Both the position numbers and the translations under genes were made by a program. The notes beneath the pieces are model-generated. The model was given only the letters and a program-made list of their open reading frames with translations. It ran no database searches and was not told where the DNA came from. Positions 6,773-16,300 of a stretch of DNA of 29,120 nt are shown piece after piece (the first letter of the stretch is position 1; every line of letters begins with the position of its first letter). The stretch is from a virus (taxonomy: Duplodnaviria > Caudoviricetes). The stretch covers positions 1-29,120 of IMG/VR virus record IMGVR_UViG_3300005931_000065. One strand, 5' to 3'.

Positions 6773-7953
6773 TCTTCTCCCTCATTCCACCGGCAACTGG
6801 GAAGTAATGGTTTGATATTAGCGTCGAACTTTTTGTTAGTGGAAAGACCCTTTCCCACAGTATTGAGGACAATTTCACGAACCTTTGGACGAACCCAGCC
6901 TTGAGGATTTTCACGAATATAGTCCCAGAGCTTGAAAATCAAAGGCTTGATCATCTTGTCAGCATAATCATCACTAAGGGCATATTCTTTACGAGACATA
7001 TGAAGAGTGTTTTCAAGCTCATTGACCACACCATCTATGATAGCTGCAATATCCTTACGGAAATTGAAGTGATACTTTTCGACACGATCAATATCTTCCT
7101 GAAGCATGAAAGCCTTAAGATCATCCAACTGATCATCAATGATCAGTCGAACAAGGTTTCTTTCATATCGAATTGCATCCTTAGTGCGATGTAGGTTGAC
7201 GTACCATTCAGACTTAATCTTGACCATGTGGCCATTATCAAACCGAACAACCCAACCTTCAACACCTTCAACCCCACGAGTTTCTTCAACAAGATTCTTC
7301 ATGTTCTCTACAGTACCTTCATACGCACGGACAACATCAATACCGAACTTTGCGGCCATCTCGACCATAGTAGGGTATGTGTAATAATAACCATCAAGGT
7401 TATCACGCATTGCCAGCAAAACCATACGGTCTTCAGGATGATCAACGACAATTCGATTTCGTCTTGACATGAATTCGAAGATAGGAGTTATATCCTCACC
7501 ATGACAGAACTTTGCAAAATTGACATATTGAGGATTATCCATAACAAAATCTTCAGCCATCATGGAAGTGTCAGTGATACCCATCTTGGTACCCCAACGG
7601 AAACCACCATTGAGAAATAGTGGAGTGATCATAGAACCATCAAGCTTCTCAAGAATCACATGAGGTTGCATCACATCAAAATGGTGAATTTGAGTTTCCT
7701 CACGTTCATTCACATTGAAGAACTTGTGAAAACGTCGCGACAAAACGCTACCATCTTCATTGAAGACCATACCACGAAGTTCCCGGCGCAAGGCGTCGTC
7801 TCTGGTTTCTACAGGCGGAAAGGTTCCTTCCATAGACACCAGATAGTTGACAACCTTATAACCATCTTTCTCAGCAATGATGAACTCATCACACTCAGCA
7901 ACAATGTGCTCTATTTCGCTGATATTTTCGATTATTGGGAATTTGTAAAACAT
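6769..7953 (-). CDS. rnlA: RNA ligase 1 (T4 Rnl1 family)
   Basis: ELRG...KFFN, motif I EKLDGS, FEF..NRIVV, EGWVV, motif V VKIKSEWY. Start moved to ATG 7953 (AGGA RBS). Confidence 0.9.
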   Translation of the reverse strand: MFYKFPIIENISEIEHIVAECDEFIIAEKDGYKVVNYLVSMEGTFPPVETRDDALRRELRGMVFNEDGSVLSRRFHKFFNVNEREETQIHHFDVMQPHVILEKLDGSMITPLFLNGGFRWGTKMGITDTSMMAEDFVMDNPQYVNFAKFCHGEDITPIFEFMSRRNRIVVDHPEDRMVLLAMRDNLDGYYYTYPTMVEMAAKFGIDVVRAYEGTVENMKNLVEETRGVEGVEGWVVRFDNGHMVKIKSEWYVNLHRTKDAIRYERNLVRLIIDDQLDDLKAFMLQEDIDRVEKYHFNFRKDIAAIIDGVVNELENTLHMSRKEYALSDDYADKMIKPLIFKLWDYIRENPQGWVRPKVREIVLNTVGKGLSTNKKFDANIKPLLPSCRWNEGEE

Positions 7954-7961
7954 GATTTTTC

Positions 7962-8258
7962 CTAGTTGTTGTACCACAGAATGTGAGTAACATCCTCTGG
8001 AATATTTCCGTATTCAGACGGATAGGTGAAGCCATCTCCAAAGACAACGCCATCTTTGACATAACTACCCATACCATCGTAATCGATTAAAGCGTTATCT
8101 TCACACATGTCAACGTACTCTTCAACTGTTAAAAGTTCACCGCTGTGACTCCGACCGTCTTCATCGAGAAGATCAGTGCAACCGAATTCGTCAACCTCAC
8201 CTTCAACATCATCATCGATGACAACCTCAGTGATATTCATTTCATCCCACTTCAACAT
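7962..8258 (-). CDS. Acidic hypothetical protein
   Basis: Open frame between phosphatase and ligase; GGAG RBS before ATG 8258. Confidence 0.65.
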   Translation of the reverse strand: MLKWDEMNITEVVIDDDVEGEVDEFGCTDLLDEDGRSHSGELLTVEEYVDMCEDNALIDYDGMGSYVKDGVVFGDGFTYPSEYGNIPEDVTHILWYNN

Positions 8259-8259
8259 A

Positions 8260-8748
8260 TCAAAAATCTCCATTACCTTGGTAAACATCAAAAACAAACA
8301 TTCCGATATCCTTCCACATACGAACTACTTGTGGACGATCATCAATTGCGAAAGTAGGATCATACCCGTCTTGACGAACTTTGTCCAGCAAATCACGCTT
8401 AACAATATCATCTCTCCGGTTATCCTTTGCATCCCGCATGTATAGCGGAAACACATTCTTAGAAATTTGCGTAGCTACAGAATCATGTGGGACTACATTA
8501 ATGCCACACTGATCTTTCAGCCATGTGGTGGTAATGTCCCGAAAATCGCTACCACGGCCACTCAGGAAAATGGGACGATTTCCAGCACCAATCATGGTCT
8601 GCACCACATTAACAACAGGCCAGACAACACCATCATCGACCATAGCCTTGTTGAAGGCATTCCAATTCTTCGGCTTGGTTGTCACAAAATGCCGACGATG
8701 ATTGACATCAGCAACCGTACCATCAATATCACAAAGAAAATCAACCAT
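8260..8748 (-). CDS. HAD-family 3'-phosphatase (stand-alone Pnkp/PseT C-terminal domain)
   Basis: DIDGT, SGR, MR..D.R.D..VK and DDRPQVVRMW motifs. Confidence 0.88.
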   Translation of the reverse strand: MVDFLCDIDGTVADVNHRRHFVTTKPKNWNAFNKAMVDDGVVWPVVNVVQTMIGAGNRPIFLSGRGSDFRDITTTWLKDQCGINVVPHDSVATQISKNVFPLYMRDAKDNRRDDIVKRDLLDKVRQDGYDPTFAIDDRPQVVRMWKDIGMFVFDVYQGNGDF

Positions 8749-8852
8749 TAAAACACCTTATCCAGTAGCGCAATCCAGTAGATCACGTCCATCGCAGTTG
8801 CCGTTGGAAAGAGAGGGTACGAAATAACCAACTCAATATCACGCAGCTTCAT
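8748..8852 (-). CDS. Possible 34-aa hydrophobic peptide (not in ORF track)
   Basis: MKLRDIELVISYPLFPTATAMDVIYWIALLDKVF fills the gap exactly; TAATG coupling to the phosphatase start. Confidence 0.4.
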   Translation of the reverse strand: MKLRDIELVISYPLFPTATAMDVIYWIALLDKVF

Positions 8853-9279
8853 CATAAAATCTTCCATACGCCTCATCCTTTCGTTCTTCCAAAATTTCAT
8901 CAAACTCTTTCACAAGCGGATCACGAAAAGACACCCCATAAGCGAACGCGACACTTTCACCGCCGTACATCACATCAACATCATCAAGTGACATACTATC
9001 CAAAAGCCACCGAATAGCATCCTTACGTGTAGGAGCACCAAGATCGATATTGTTATTGATCTCTTTCTCAACTTCTTCAGAAGCCTTCGCTTCTGAAATC
9101 CGTGCTACTGCTTCACTCGAAGCAAGAAGATCACTCATGTAGTCCCAACTCTTCTGCTTATCATCAGGATCACTAGCTTTCCACCGATTGATGGAGTCTA
9201 CAGAAGGACGTGATCCACACGAATCTTTGTAAAGGTCAGAATAAAGCTCATCGGAGTAGGTATATTTGGTCATTTTCAT
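8839..9279 (-). CDS. Early hypothetical protein (YTYSDELYSDLxKD..GxRP type)
   Basis: Start reassigned to ATG 9279 (or 9273), downstream of a promoter and an (AG)n RBS; the ORF-track start runs through the terminator. Confidence 0.75.
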   Translation of the reverse strand: MKMTKYTYSDELYSDLYKDSCGSRPSVDSINRWKASDPDDKQKSWDYMSDLLASSEAVARISEAKASEEVEKEINNNIDLGAPTRKDAIRWLLDSMSLDDVDVMYGGESVAFAYGVSFRDPLVKEFDEILEERKDEAYGRFYDEAA

Positions 9280-9297
9280 ATCTCTCTCTCTGTTCTT

Positions 9298-9326
9298 AAC
9301 ATAGGTGATACCAGAGATTAATGCAA
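9298..9326 (-). promoter_or_regulatory. Early sigma70-type promoter
   Basis: TTGCAT-17 nt-TATGTT immediately after a terminator. Confidence 0.6.
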
Positions 9327-9338
9327 GTGTTATTTTGT

Positions 9339-9363
9339 AAAAAAAGGGAGCTTTCACCCCCTT
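9339..9363 (-). terminator. Intrinsic terminator ending the primase-nrd-sugar operon
   Basis: AAGGGGGT-GAAA-GCTCCCTT followed by a T-run, 12 nt after the stop at 9376. Confidence 0.85.
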
Positions 9364-9375
9364 AGTGACCATGTG

Positions 9376-10425
9376 TTATCGTTTCACTGCTTTATATAAC
9401 AACCGAGTAGCAGAGACCAACGCGACTAACTTATCAAACGTATCTGGGTGTTTTGTGCTGTAATGCATCTCACACCAAGACTCAATAAAATCCTTGTATT
9501 GAGGGACATATTTATTCTTATCCTCATACAGCTCTTCTATCACGATAGAATCGTAACTTCTTAACTCATGTGACACCTCATCATATTCTGATTCACCAAA
9601 ACTAAACACTGGCTTGTTGTGCATAATTGCTTCCATACCGACTCCAGAATTTACAGTGAACACCGCTTCTGCATTCTCAAGACATTCGTGAATCGATACA
9701 TCGTCTACCCAGAATTGATACTCTGTATTAGCAAAAAAATCAAACACTTTTTTCATGTCTACCATAGCAGAAGGATTAATCGGATGTGGTTTGACCACAA
9801 CAGGGATATCAAGTGCTGTGCTATAGCCTAGTGTTGCATGTAGTGCCTGTGCCATCGATACAGATGAATGCAGGACAATATTCTCATCGTGAGGTAACTG
9901 CAACGGTAGGAGCATAAACCTTTCTGGAAGAGAAGACGCATTACCTAAATTGGGTTGGTCGAATTTGCTGATGTTTCTTCCAGCCAACGTAGAAAGCTCT
10001 TCATATCTTGGGTGTTCTTCATGATACTTTGGTGAAATTGGCCAGTGGAATGCACTACTCAACCACCCAGAAGGATCGATTGAGAATGTCCACGGGTAAA
10101 CCATCTGCATGTAATAAAGTACTGGTGTAGGCCACACATTGAAGTTTTGACGTTCCTTATGTGGAACAATAAACAGATCGAAACGATCAACCTCATCACG
10201 ATCCTCATTCAATCCCTGCACAAACTCAGGTGTAATCTCCCACATGGGTTTAATCATCACATGAACATCATGCCCCGCATTCTCCAGAACTGGGACAATC
10301 CTTGACATGAAATCATTCCAGAAATATCGGACTGGATGATTAGGTTCACCGGGAACCTTGGGAACTTCACCACCGAAATTCTTGAACGAGATATCAAGTC
10401 TTGGAAATAAGAAGCCTATCTTCAT
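9376..10425 (-). CDS. KpsS/KpsC-like (GT107-type) glycosyltransferase
   Basis: PLQLPHD (QxxxD), VVKPHP (HP motif), TVNSGVGMEAIMHNKPV. Confidence 0.75.
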   Translation of the reverse strand: MKIGFLFPRLDISFKNFGGEVPKVPGEPNHPVRYFWNDFMSRIVPVLENAGHDVHVMIKPMWEITPEFVQGLNEDRDEVDRFDLFIVPHKERQNFNVWPTPVLYYMQMVYPWTFSIDPSGWLSSAFHWPISPKYHEEHPRYEELSTLAGRNISKFDQPNLGNASSLPERFMLLPLQLPHDENIVLHSSVSMAQALHATLGYSTALDIPVVVKPHPINPSAMVDMKKVFDFFANTEYQFWVDDVSIHECLENAEAVFTVNSGVGMEAIMHNKPVFSFGESEYDEVSHELRSYDSIVIEELYEDKNKYVPQYKDFIESWCEMHYSTKHPDTFDKLVALVSATRLLYKAVKR

Positions 10426-10595
10426 ACTGCAACACCAACATATTCGGTTACTGGAGTGTATGGAAATTGAACAGGGACATGACTATCCGTGTTCAATTTC
10501 ATAACAGCTTCGGCCAACATGCCGCCATAATCCGAATCACTATCATAAAGACCAGCAGCCTTAAGCTCTTGCTTAGCATGTTCAATTGTACTCAT
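10422..10595 (-). CDS. 57-aa protein, possibly an internally deleted phage protein (not in ORF track)
   Basis: MSTIEHAKQELKAAGLYDSDSDYGGMLAEAVMKL...FPYTPVTEYV; overlaps both neighbours (TGATG, ATGA). Confidence 0.6.
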   Translation of the reverse strand: MSTIEHAKQELKAAGLYDSDSDYGGMLAEAVMKLNTDSHVPVQFPYTPVTEYVGVAV

Positions 10596-11071
10596 CACTT
10601 GTTCTCCTTATTTTTTAATGGTTCCCTTCCTCTAAGATTAATACCCTCATATGTGAGTATGCCTCTAGCCATAACGAACCGTTCCTTCCATCTTTCAGGC
10701 ACTTCCTTATACTCATAAACCACAGCCGCCAATCCAGACTTAACAATGAATTTAGCACATTCAACACATGGCAAAACAACCCCACTATTAGACCAAAGGT
10801 AAAGACTACACCCAGAAAGATCATACCCGATCTTCGCCGCACGATTGATCGCATTAACCTCAGCATGGACGATGTGTTTGTACTTCATCACACGATCATT
10901 CAGTATTTCTGGATCATCATATATGGTGTCTGGAAACCCATTGTATCCACCTGAAACAAACTGTTTTCCATGACCAATTACAGCACCGATTTTAGTGCTT
11001 GGGTCTTTTGACATTTCCGCATGATCTCTTGCGAGTTTCATAAAGAAATTGTCCCACCTATCAGTATTCAT
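10595..11071 (-). CDS. cd: dCMP deaminase
   Basis: SKDPSTKIGA, GYNGFP, HAE and PCVEC zinc motifs. Confidence 0.92.
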   Translation of the reverse strand: MNTDRWDNFFMKLARDHAEMSKDPSTKIGAVIGHGKQFVSGGYNGFPDTIYDDPEILNDRVMKYKHIVHAEVNAINRAAKIGYDLSGCSLYLWSNSGVVLPCVECAKFIVKSGLAAVVYEYKEVPERWKERFVMARGILTYEGINLRGREPLKNKENK

Positions 11072-11844
11072 TTACAAACCTCATTTGTGAAGTAATCTGA
11101 GAAAGTTTCAAACTTGGCCAGATACCCACTATTGTTATCCTTACGTGGACCCTTACCAGTCCAGATAAAGGAATTCATGGAAAACTCCCAGTCGATGAAT
11201 TCGAACGGTACATTTACAAACGTGTAATCGGTCTTAAACGCTTTGTATGTTTCCCACAAAATAAGTTGATCGATGAACCACTGATTACTGTTCACTTCAA
11301 GCATACGAGAACTTACCTCTCTCAGAAACGCCATCCCACCACGCGAAACATATACAGCCCCTGCCGCAACGTGTGTTGCCTCATATTCCATACCAGAAGT
11401 TCCCGGCAATGGGTCTCTAAAATACAACCCAACATCTGCCTTATATCCGGGGAACCAAGGATCACGCATAGAATTCTTGATAAAGAACCCATCTGCATCA
11501 AGAATCATGACTTCCATGTTACTAACATCGAAGGCGTTAGTATCCTTGTTTAGTGTTAGTTTGTCAATAAGCATTGGAAGACTATGGAACCTATTTGACG
11601 CATAGTCAGCTCTTGAAGCCTTTACTGTATATTCATACGAGAATGATAGCAAAGGATTATGTTTCAAATCCTTCATCAAAGCAACATCTTCATTGAGAGG
11701 GTTGATCACATGAACGTGTAGTGGATTTTCATACAAACAAGCTGACCCAATAAGACCCTTTGTGTAGGTGTTGAAATACACACTATCACAAGCGCAATAG
11801 AAGAACCTGCTTGTTGTTGGACTTTTCTCGACATACAATTCCAT
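11068..11844 (-). CDS. GT-A fold nucleotide-sugar glycosyltransferase
   Basis: YASNRF, ILDAD (DxD), AAGAVY, WFIDQ, IWTGKG. Confidence 0.65.
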   Translation of the reverse strand: MELYVEKSPTTSRFFYCACDSVYFNTYTKGLIGSACLYENPLHVHVINPLNEDVALMKDLKHNPLLSFSYEYTVKASRADYASNRFHSLPMLIDKLTLNKDTNAFDVSNMEVMILDADGFFIKNSMRDPWFPGYKADVGLYFRDPLPGTSGMEYEATHVAAGAVYVSRGGMAFLREVSSRMLEVNSNQWFIDQLILWETYKAFKTDYTFVNVPFEFIDWEFSMNSFIWTGKGPRKDNNSGYLAKFETFSDYFTNEVCK

Positions 11845-12107
11845 TACTGACCTTTCTTTTTTGTTGACCAGCTATGTGGCCCTCTCCCCAAAACCCAACC
11901 TAACCGACAGAATTCATTCACAACCACCTTATCGACTCTTTTTACCACACCTTCCTTATTGATATATATACTACCTTTCGTGGAGTTCGTCTTGCCTATA
12001 TGAGCCAATGACTGTTTTTTTCTGGTAGCCCCACTCACCACTTTATTTTTATGAGTTAGTGATGCAACCTGTCCCTGTTTATGAGAGAGGATTTTAGTAT
12101 ATATCAT
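11844..12107 (-). pseudogene. Homing-endonuclease C-terminal remnant (NUMOD3-like DNA-binding modules, no nuclease domain)
   Basis: VSGATRKKQSLAHIGK and KGSIYINKEG..KRV...GWVLGR patterns; very basic; only 87 aa. Confidence 0.5.
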
Positions 12108-12895
12108 TTAACAAATTGGTGAGCGTTGATATATCCTTTCTGAGACTGTTTATCGAAATTGATAATGGTGTCTGGAACATAATCAGATACATCGTAACCA
12201 TTCTCAATTGATCTATTATATAGATCATCAAACAAGTCTACAACATCTTGACGCCAATGGGGGATCACTTCTCCATCAAACCAATGATTCTGCCCAGAAG
12301 ATTCAAGCCTTGGAAGTGCGTATTTCAAATGGGGTTGATGGTTCATTGATGTATAATGTAAGATTTTGATATCTTCAAGAGGATCATTCTCACCATCAAA
12401 GTTGTTCCACTGTCTATCAAACACCTGAACCAACTCAGGACTATTACCAAGAGCAGCAAACATTCTCTGATGAGCGTTTGGTAGAAACATCAATCTGTCT
12501 AATGGAAGAATGTGATTCTGTGCTGCCGCACAATCCCACTTACAAACACAAAAACGCCAACCACCTTTAGACTGGACAATTTTACCCGGTTCAAATGGAG
12601 CATCCCAAAGCTCTGCCAAATCACCAAGGATCATCATATCAGAATCCATGTATATAGCCTGACCTTCAAAACCACAGTATGCTGGAATACCAAAACGGTA
12701 CCCTGAAAATGGGGTAGCCCATTCAGAAGTGTCCCACCCATCCCAGAAGGTGTCTTTGCTTGGAGACATTTTCATCCAAACAATATCGACTGGCTTAGAT
12801 GAGTTTTTCTTCGCACTGTATTCAAGTACAGCAAGAGATTCTGCATCCTCTCCATTCGGGGAGCAGCCTACGAACAGTTTGATCGTGTCACTCAT
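12104..12895 (-). CDS. GT-A fold glycosyltransferase (GT8-related / CDI-like)
   Basis: ATPFSGYRF, AIYMDSD (DxD), GDLAELW, WN and LHYT motifs; start reassigned to ATG 12895 (ATGA overlap). Confidence 0.8.
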   Translation of the reverse strand: MSDTIKLFVGCSPNGEDAESLAVLEYSAKKNSSKPVDIVWMKMSPSKDTFWDGWDTSEWATPFSGYRFGIPAYCGFEGQAIYMDSDMMILGDLAELWDAPFEPGKIVQSKGGWRFCVCKWDCAAAQNHILPLDRLMFLPNAHQRMFAALGNSPELVQVFDRQWNNFDGENDPLEDIKILHYTSMNHQPHLKYALPRLESSGQNHWFDGEVIPHWRQDVVDLFDDLYNRSIENGYDVSDYVPDTIINFDKQSQKGYINAHQFVK

Positions 12896-13092
12896 GTGAT
12901 TTTCGCACCCCTCATATTGATTGTGTGCCAACCCGGCGAAATTGATAGAACCATCGAACCACTGTCTTCGTAAAAGGTGACGCATCCATTCTCATGAATT
13001 TCATAACCCCCAGTTGCATAGACCGGGTGCTCCCATGAGCCTTCACCATCAATATACCGAATGGTGAAATGTACTCTATCGTCTTTTGTCAT
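12892..13092 (-). CDS. Hypothetical protein, 66 aa
   Basis: Fills the operon gap and overlaps both neighbours. Confidence 0.6.
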   Translation of the reverse strand: MTKDDRVHFTIRYIDGEGSWEHPVYATGGYEIHENGCVTFYEDSGSMVLSISPGWHTINMRGAKIT

Positions 13093-13465
13093 AATATTCT
13101 ACCTTCTCCATAGCTGCTTCAAATGATGTTACGAATGTTGTCCCATGATAAGTGATCCACGGAGACAGTTTCTGACCTTCATCATGCCAGACAATTACAG
13201 GTTTTCCCTGTAGCCAAGCATGGTAAATTTCCATACTGGTGCCAGCAGAAGCCCACAGATATCTGACCAGAACAATGTCTGACTGATCCACATCCCGCTT
13301 ATCAAGAACAACAATCTCATTTACGTTTTCGTCTTCACATCCACGATAGTCACGGACCATAGGATCGAGTGCATCAGGATAAATCTCCTTCACCTGCTCT
13401 CTCCAACCCCTCGCCTCTTCATCCGTACAATCTTTAATAGCACCCGCTAGATACAATAACCCCAT
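13076..13465 (-). CDS. Nucleoside 2'-deoxyribosyltransferase / nucleotide N-glycosidase-like protein
   Basis: YLAG, DP, D...D..SDIVL, SAGTSME motifs. Confidence 0.75.
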   Translation of the reverse strand: MGLLYLAGAIKDCTDEEARGWREQVKEIYPDALDPMVRDYRGCEDENVNEIVVLDKRDVDQSDIVLVRYLWASAGTSMEIYHAWLQGKPVIVWHDEGQKLSPWITYHGTTFVTSFEAAMEKVEYYDKRR

Positions 13466-14406
13466 TAAATTTTACCCTTTCTATATTCTTCAACCATATC
13501 TGGAATACAGGTTTCCCAATCAATCATGTATGGTCTACCATAACTGTCTTCCATTATCTCTATGCAAAGCTTCTTTCTCATCATCCCATTCGGCATATCA
13601 ACATCCCATACGATTCTCCCATTAAAACCGACAAAAACTGCAATCTTTTTGGCCATGACTTTGATAGCAACATCTTCGTAATTACCAATGTTGATGTATG
13701 GGAACTTAGGCTTGTCCTGAATGATTTCAACTGCAATATTCGCGACATCTTCCACATGAACAAATTCCCGTCTAGGTGAACCATCACCCCAAAGAACCAA
13801 AATATCGTCCCTATTATCCGCTGCATCAACAAACTTGGCAATCAAAGAACCAAGAACGTGTGCGGTTTCTGGGTTGTAATCTTGACCCGGACCAAACATA
13901 TTGTTGGGAATGATGCTCACATAATTCAAACCATATTGTCGTCTATAGTATTCAACAAGTTTCATACCAGCAACTTTAGCAATCGAATATCCCTCATTTG
14001 TTGTCTCAAACGGCCCTGTAAACAAATGCTCAATGTCCATTGGTTGTGGACAATCAGCAGGATATACGCATGAGGATGAATAGTTCATCAAATCCTCAAC
14101 CCCGTGTGTGAACGAAGAATTGACAATGTTTGTTGTCATAAGAATATTATCACTTAGGAACTTAACAGGATCATCCCGATTGGCTTTAATCCCTGCCACT
14201 GTTGCGGCACAGTTGAATACTATCTCAGGTCTATATTCAACAAAAACACTGTCTACATCCATCTGCTTTCTAAAATCAAGCTTATCGCCAAATACGTTGT
14301 GTGTTGTTGGTACAACATCACAATAACCTGATTCTTTCAGGACTTTGACTAAAGCCCTACCTGCCATTCCAGTTTCACCAAATACAGCAACTTTAGTTTT
14401 AGACAT
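13465..14406 (-). CDS. colC: GDP-sugar epimerase/reductase (GDP-L-fucose synthase / GDP-L-colitose synthase)
   Basis: GETGMAG nucleotide-binding loop, AATVAGIKAN, SSSCVYP, TNEGYSIAK (YxxxK), WGDGSPRREF; adjacent to colD. Confidence 0.8.
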   Translation of the reverse strand: MSKTKVAVFGETGMAGRALVKVLKESGYCDVVPTTHNVFGDKLDFRKQMDVDSVFVEYRPEIVFNCAATVAGIKANRDDPVKFLSDNILMTTNIVNSSFTHGVEDLMNYSSSCVYPADCPQPMDIEHLFTGPFETTNEGYSIAKVAGMKLVEYYRRQYGLNYVSIIPNNMFGPGQDYNPETAHVLGSLIAKFVDAADNRDDILVLWGDGSPRREFVHVEDVANIAVEIIQDKPKFPYINIGNYEDVAIKVMAKKIAVFVGFNGRIVWDVDMPNGMMRKKLCIEIMEDSYGRPYMIDWETCIPDMVEEYRKGKI

Positions 14407-15595
14407 CTAATTTTGTCTTCCCTATAATTTCACAAGCACTTTCAATCTTATCACTCATATCAAAACCATCATTACCAAGCATGATACCAGTATCTTCTAT
14501 CACCGAAGAATTCGTATGTTCGATATTTTTGTCACATACAATACGGTAATCCAAATTTCTTGGATCATTTAACGCATAACCACTCATAACTGTCTGATTC
14601 AAGAAATTCCCGGAGATGATTGGTCTTGTTTCCACTCCAGAAGCAATCAAAGCATCCCTAACCAAATCACGCTTTTCTTTGGTCTCAAACCTAACAGCAA
14701 GCCCGAACCAAGACGAATTACAATCAACAGAAACCTGTTGTACTGAAGTGCCAAGGATACCACCCATTAACCCAATAAACAGATTTGCGTTTGCTGTTCT
14801 CTCAGTAAGAAACTCCCCAATACGTGATAATTGCACTCTTCCAACTGCTGCACTCATTTCAATAGGACGAACATTATAACCAAGATAAATAAAGTCATAT
14901 GGATTGCTCGAATCTTCCCACTGGGTTCCTCTAGACCAACCATGTGATCGAATGCTACGCATCATATCAGCCAACCCATCATCGTTGGTGGTAATCATAC
15001 CACCTTCCATAGTCTGTAAGTGATGACTAAAGAAAAAGCTGTACGAACCAGCAATCCCAATGTTGCCAACCTTTTTGGTGTCGTATGCACTGAAATGCTC
15101 TGAGCCAAGACCCTCACAGTTATCTTCGATGAGAATAAGATCGTTCTCCCAACAGAAACTAATCAATGCGTTGTAGTCAGCAGGATTTCCCAGAATATTA
15201 GGGACAAATACAGCCTTAGTTTTTTCGGAAAGCAACCTCTCATGACTAAGCTTCCTCACATCAAGTGTAAGTGTTTGAATATCGATGTCCATGAACACTG
15301 GAATCAAACCATGTTGCCATAGTGGATAATACATCGTAGCCCAACTCAACATGGGAACAATGACCTCATCACCCGGATTAAGTCTCCCATCTTGAACCAG
15401 AGCAGAAATGATGACTAGATTTGCAGAGGAACCACTGTTGACCATAACCGCATGTTTTGCTCCAATGTACTCCGCAAATTCTGCCTCAAACGCTTTAGTC
15501 TCATCTCCCATAGAGTATCTACCAGAATCGAGAACACGTTGAATAGCAGAACGCTCTTCATCACCCCAGCTATCATATCCAAGCTTATATTCCAT
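14399..15595 (-). CDS. colD: GDP-4-keto-6-deoxy-D-mannose 3-dehydratase (PLP-dependent)
   Basis: DegT-family fold with NSGSSAN, EDNCE and SFFFSHHLQTMEGG (His replaces the Schiff-base Lys), HGWSR, GYNVRP.EM, SSWFG, E.RPI.SGNF. Confidence 0.88.
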   Translation of the reverse strand: MEYKLGYDSWGDEERSAIQRVLDSGRYSMGDETKAFEAEFAEYIGAKHAVMVNSGSSANLVIISALVQDGRLNPGDEVIVPMLSWATMYYPLWQHGLIPVFMDIDIQTLTLDVRKLSHERLLSEKTKAVFVPNILGNPADYNALISFCWENDLILIEDNCEGLGSEHFSAYDTKKVGNIGIAGSYSFFFSHHLQTMEGGMITTNDDGLADMMRSIRSHGWSRGTQWEDSSNPYDFIYLGYNVRPIEMSAAVGRVQLSRIGEFLTERTANANLFIGLMGGILGTSVQQVSVDCNSSWFGLAVRFETKEKRDLVRDALIASGVETRPIISGNFLNQTVMSGYALNDPRNLDYRIVCDKNIEHTNSSVIEDTGIMLGNDGFDMSDKIESACEIIGKTKLDV

Positions 15596-16300
15596 TTACA
15601 CCCACCGCAAATTGTTGTGTCTCATAACGAAAGTTTTGTATATGTCCATATACCCCTGCATATGATGGAGTTTCACAGGACCATCATAATATCCTGATTT
15701 TTCGCTAAAGAAGTTGATCTTAAGATCAGGATTCATCACCATTCCACTCAGAGGAAATGCAGATACACCAGCAAACACTTCTCTCGCATTAGCAACTGTA
15801 AACCAATCCATTACAGGCTTTTGATGGATGAACCTAGCACCAGTCTTATTACAGATGTCAGATATGAGGAGAAAATCATCCCCCATCACAAATAGGTTGG
15901 GGTGTGTCTCTAACAACGTCGCAACAGTTTCTATATATTTACTGTCACTGATTAACTGTTTATCGCCCTTTCGGACATGCACAACAACATCTGCATACTG
16001 GAACTTGGGAATACGAAATTGTGTATAAATGTTGATAATATGTGCTCTATGTCTTAAGATTTTCTCAAGGTTGGTGCCGTCAATCCCAGTTTTATTCATT
16101 GATTGGGAATTCGTTTCAATGGGAACCCACGTGTCAAATAGCTCAGAAAGATAGTCTCTCTGTACAGTATGATACGGATTCCCCCCAGTGTTGATTATGA
16201 TCTTTGAAGGTGTTGTTTTAGCTTCAATAATGTTTGAAAATCCAGTAAACAACTCAATAATCTGAGTGCCAAGAGCACCACGGACATTGATATTCATCAT
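15596..16300 (-). CDS. GT11-like (alpha-1,2-fucosyl/colitosyl) transferase
   Basis: N-terminal RGALGTQ (cf. GGLGNQ), VHVRKGD (cf. HxRRGD), D....A......SAF C-terminal block. Confidence 0.7.
   Translation of the reverse strand: MMNINVRGALGTQIIELFTGFSNIIEAKTTPSKIIINTGGNPYHTVQRDYLSELFDTWVPIETNSQSMNKTGIDGTNLEKILRHRAHIINIYTQFRIPKFQYADVVVHVRKGDKQLISDSKYIETVATLLETHPNLFVMGDDFLLISDICNKTGARFIHQKPVMDWFTVANAREVFAGVSAFPLSGMVMNPDLKINFFSEKSGYYDGPVKLHHMQGYMDIYKTFVMRHNNLRWV

Noticed and set aside
14399-15595. DegT-family sugar aminotransferase (e.g. perosamine synthase)
   Set aside because: The catalytic Lys position is His (FSHH), diagnostic of ColD-type dehydratases; no E1-type Cys cluster is seen
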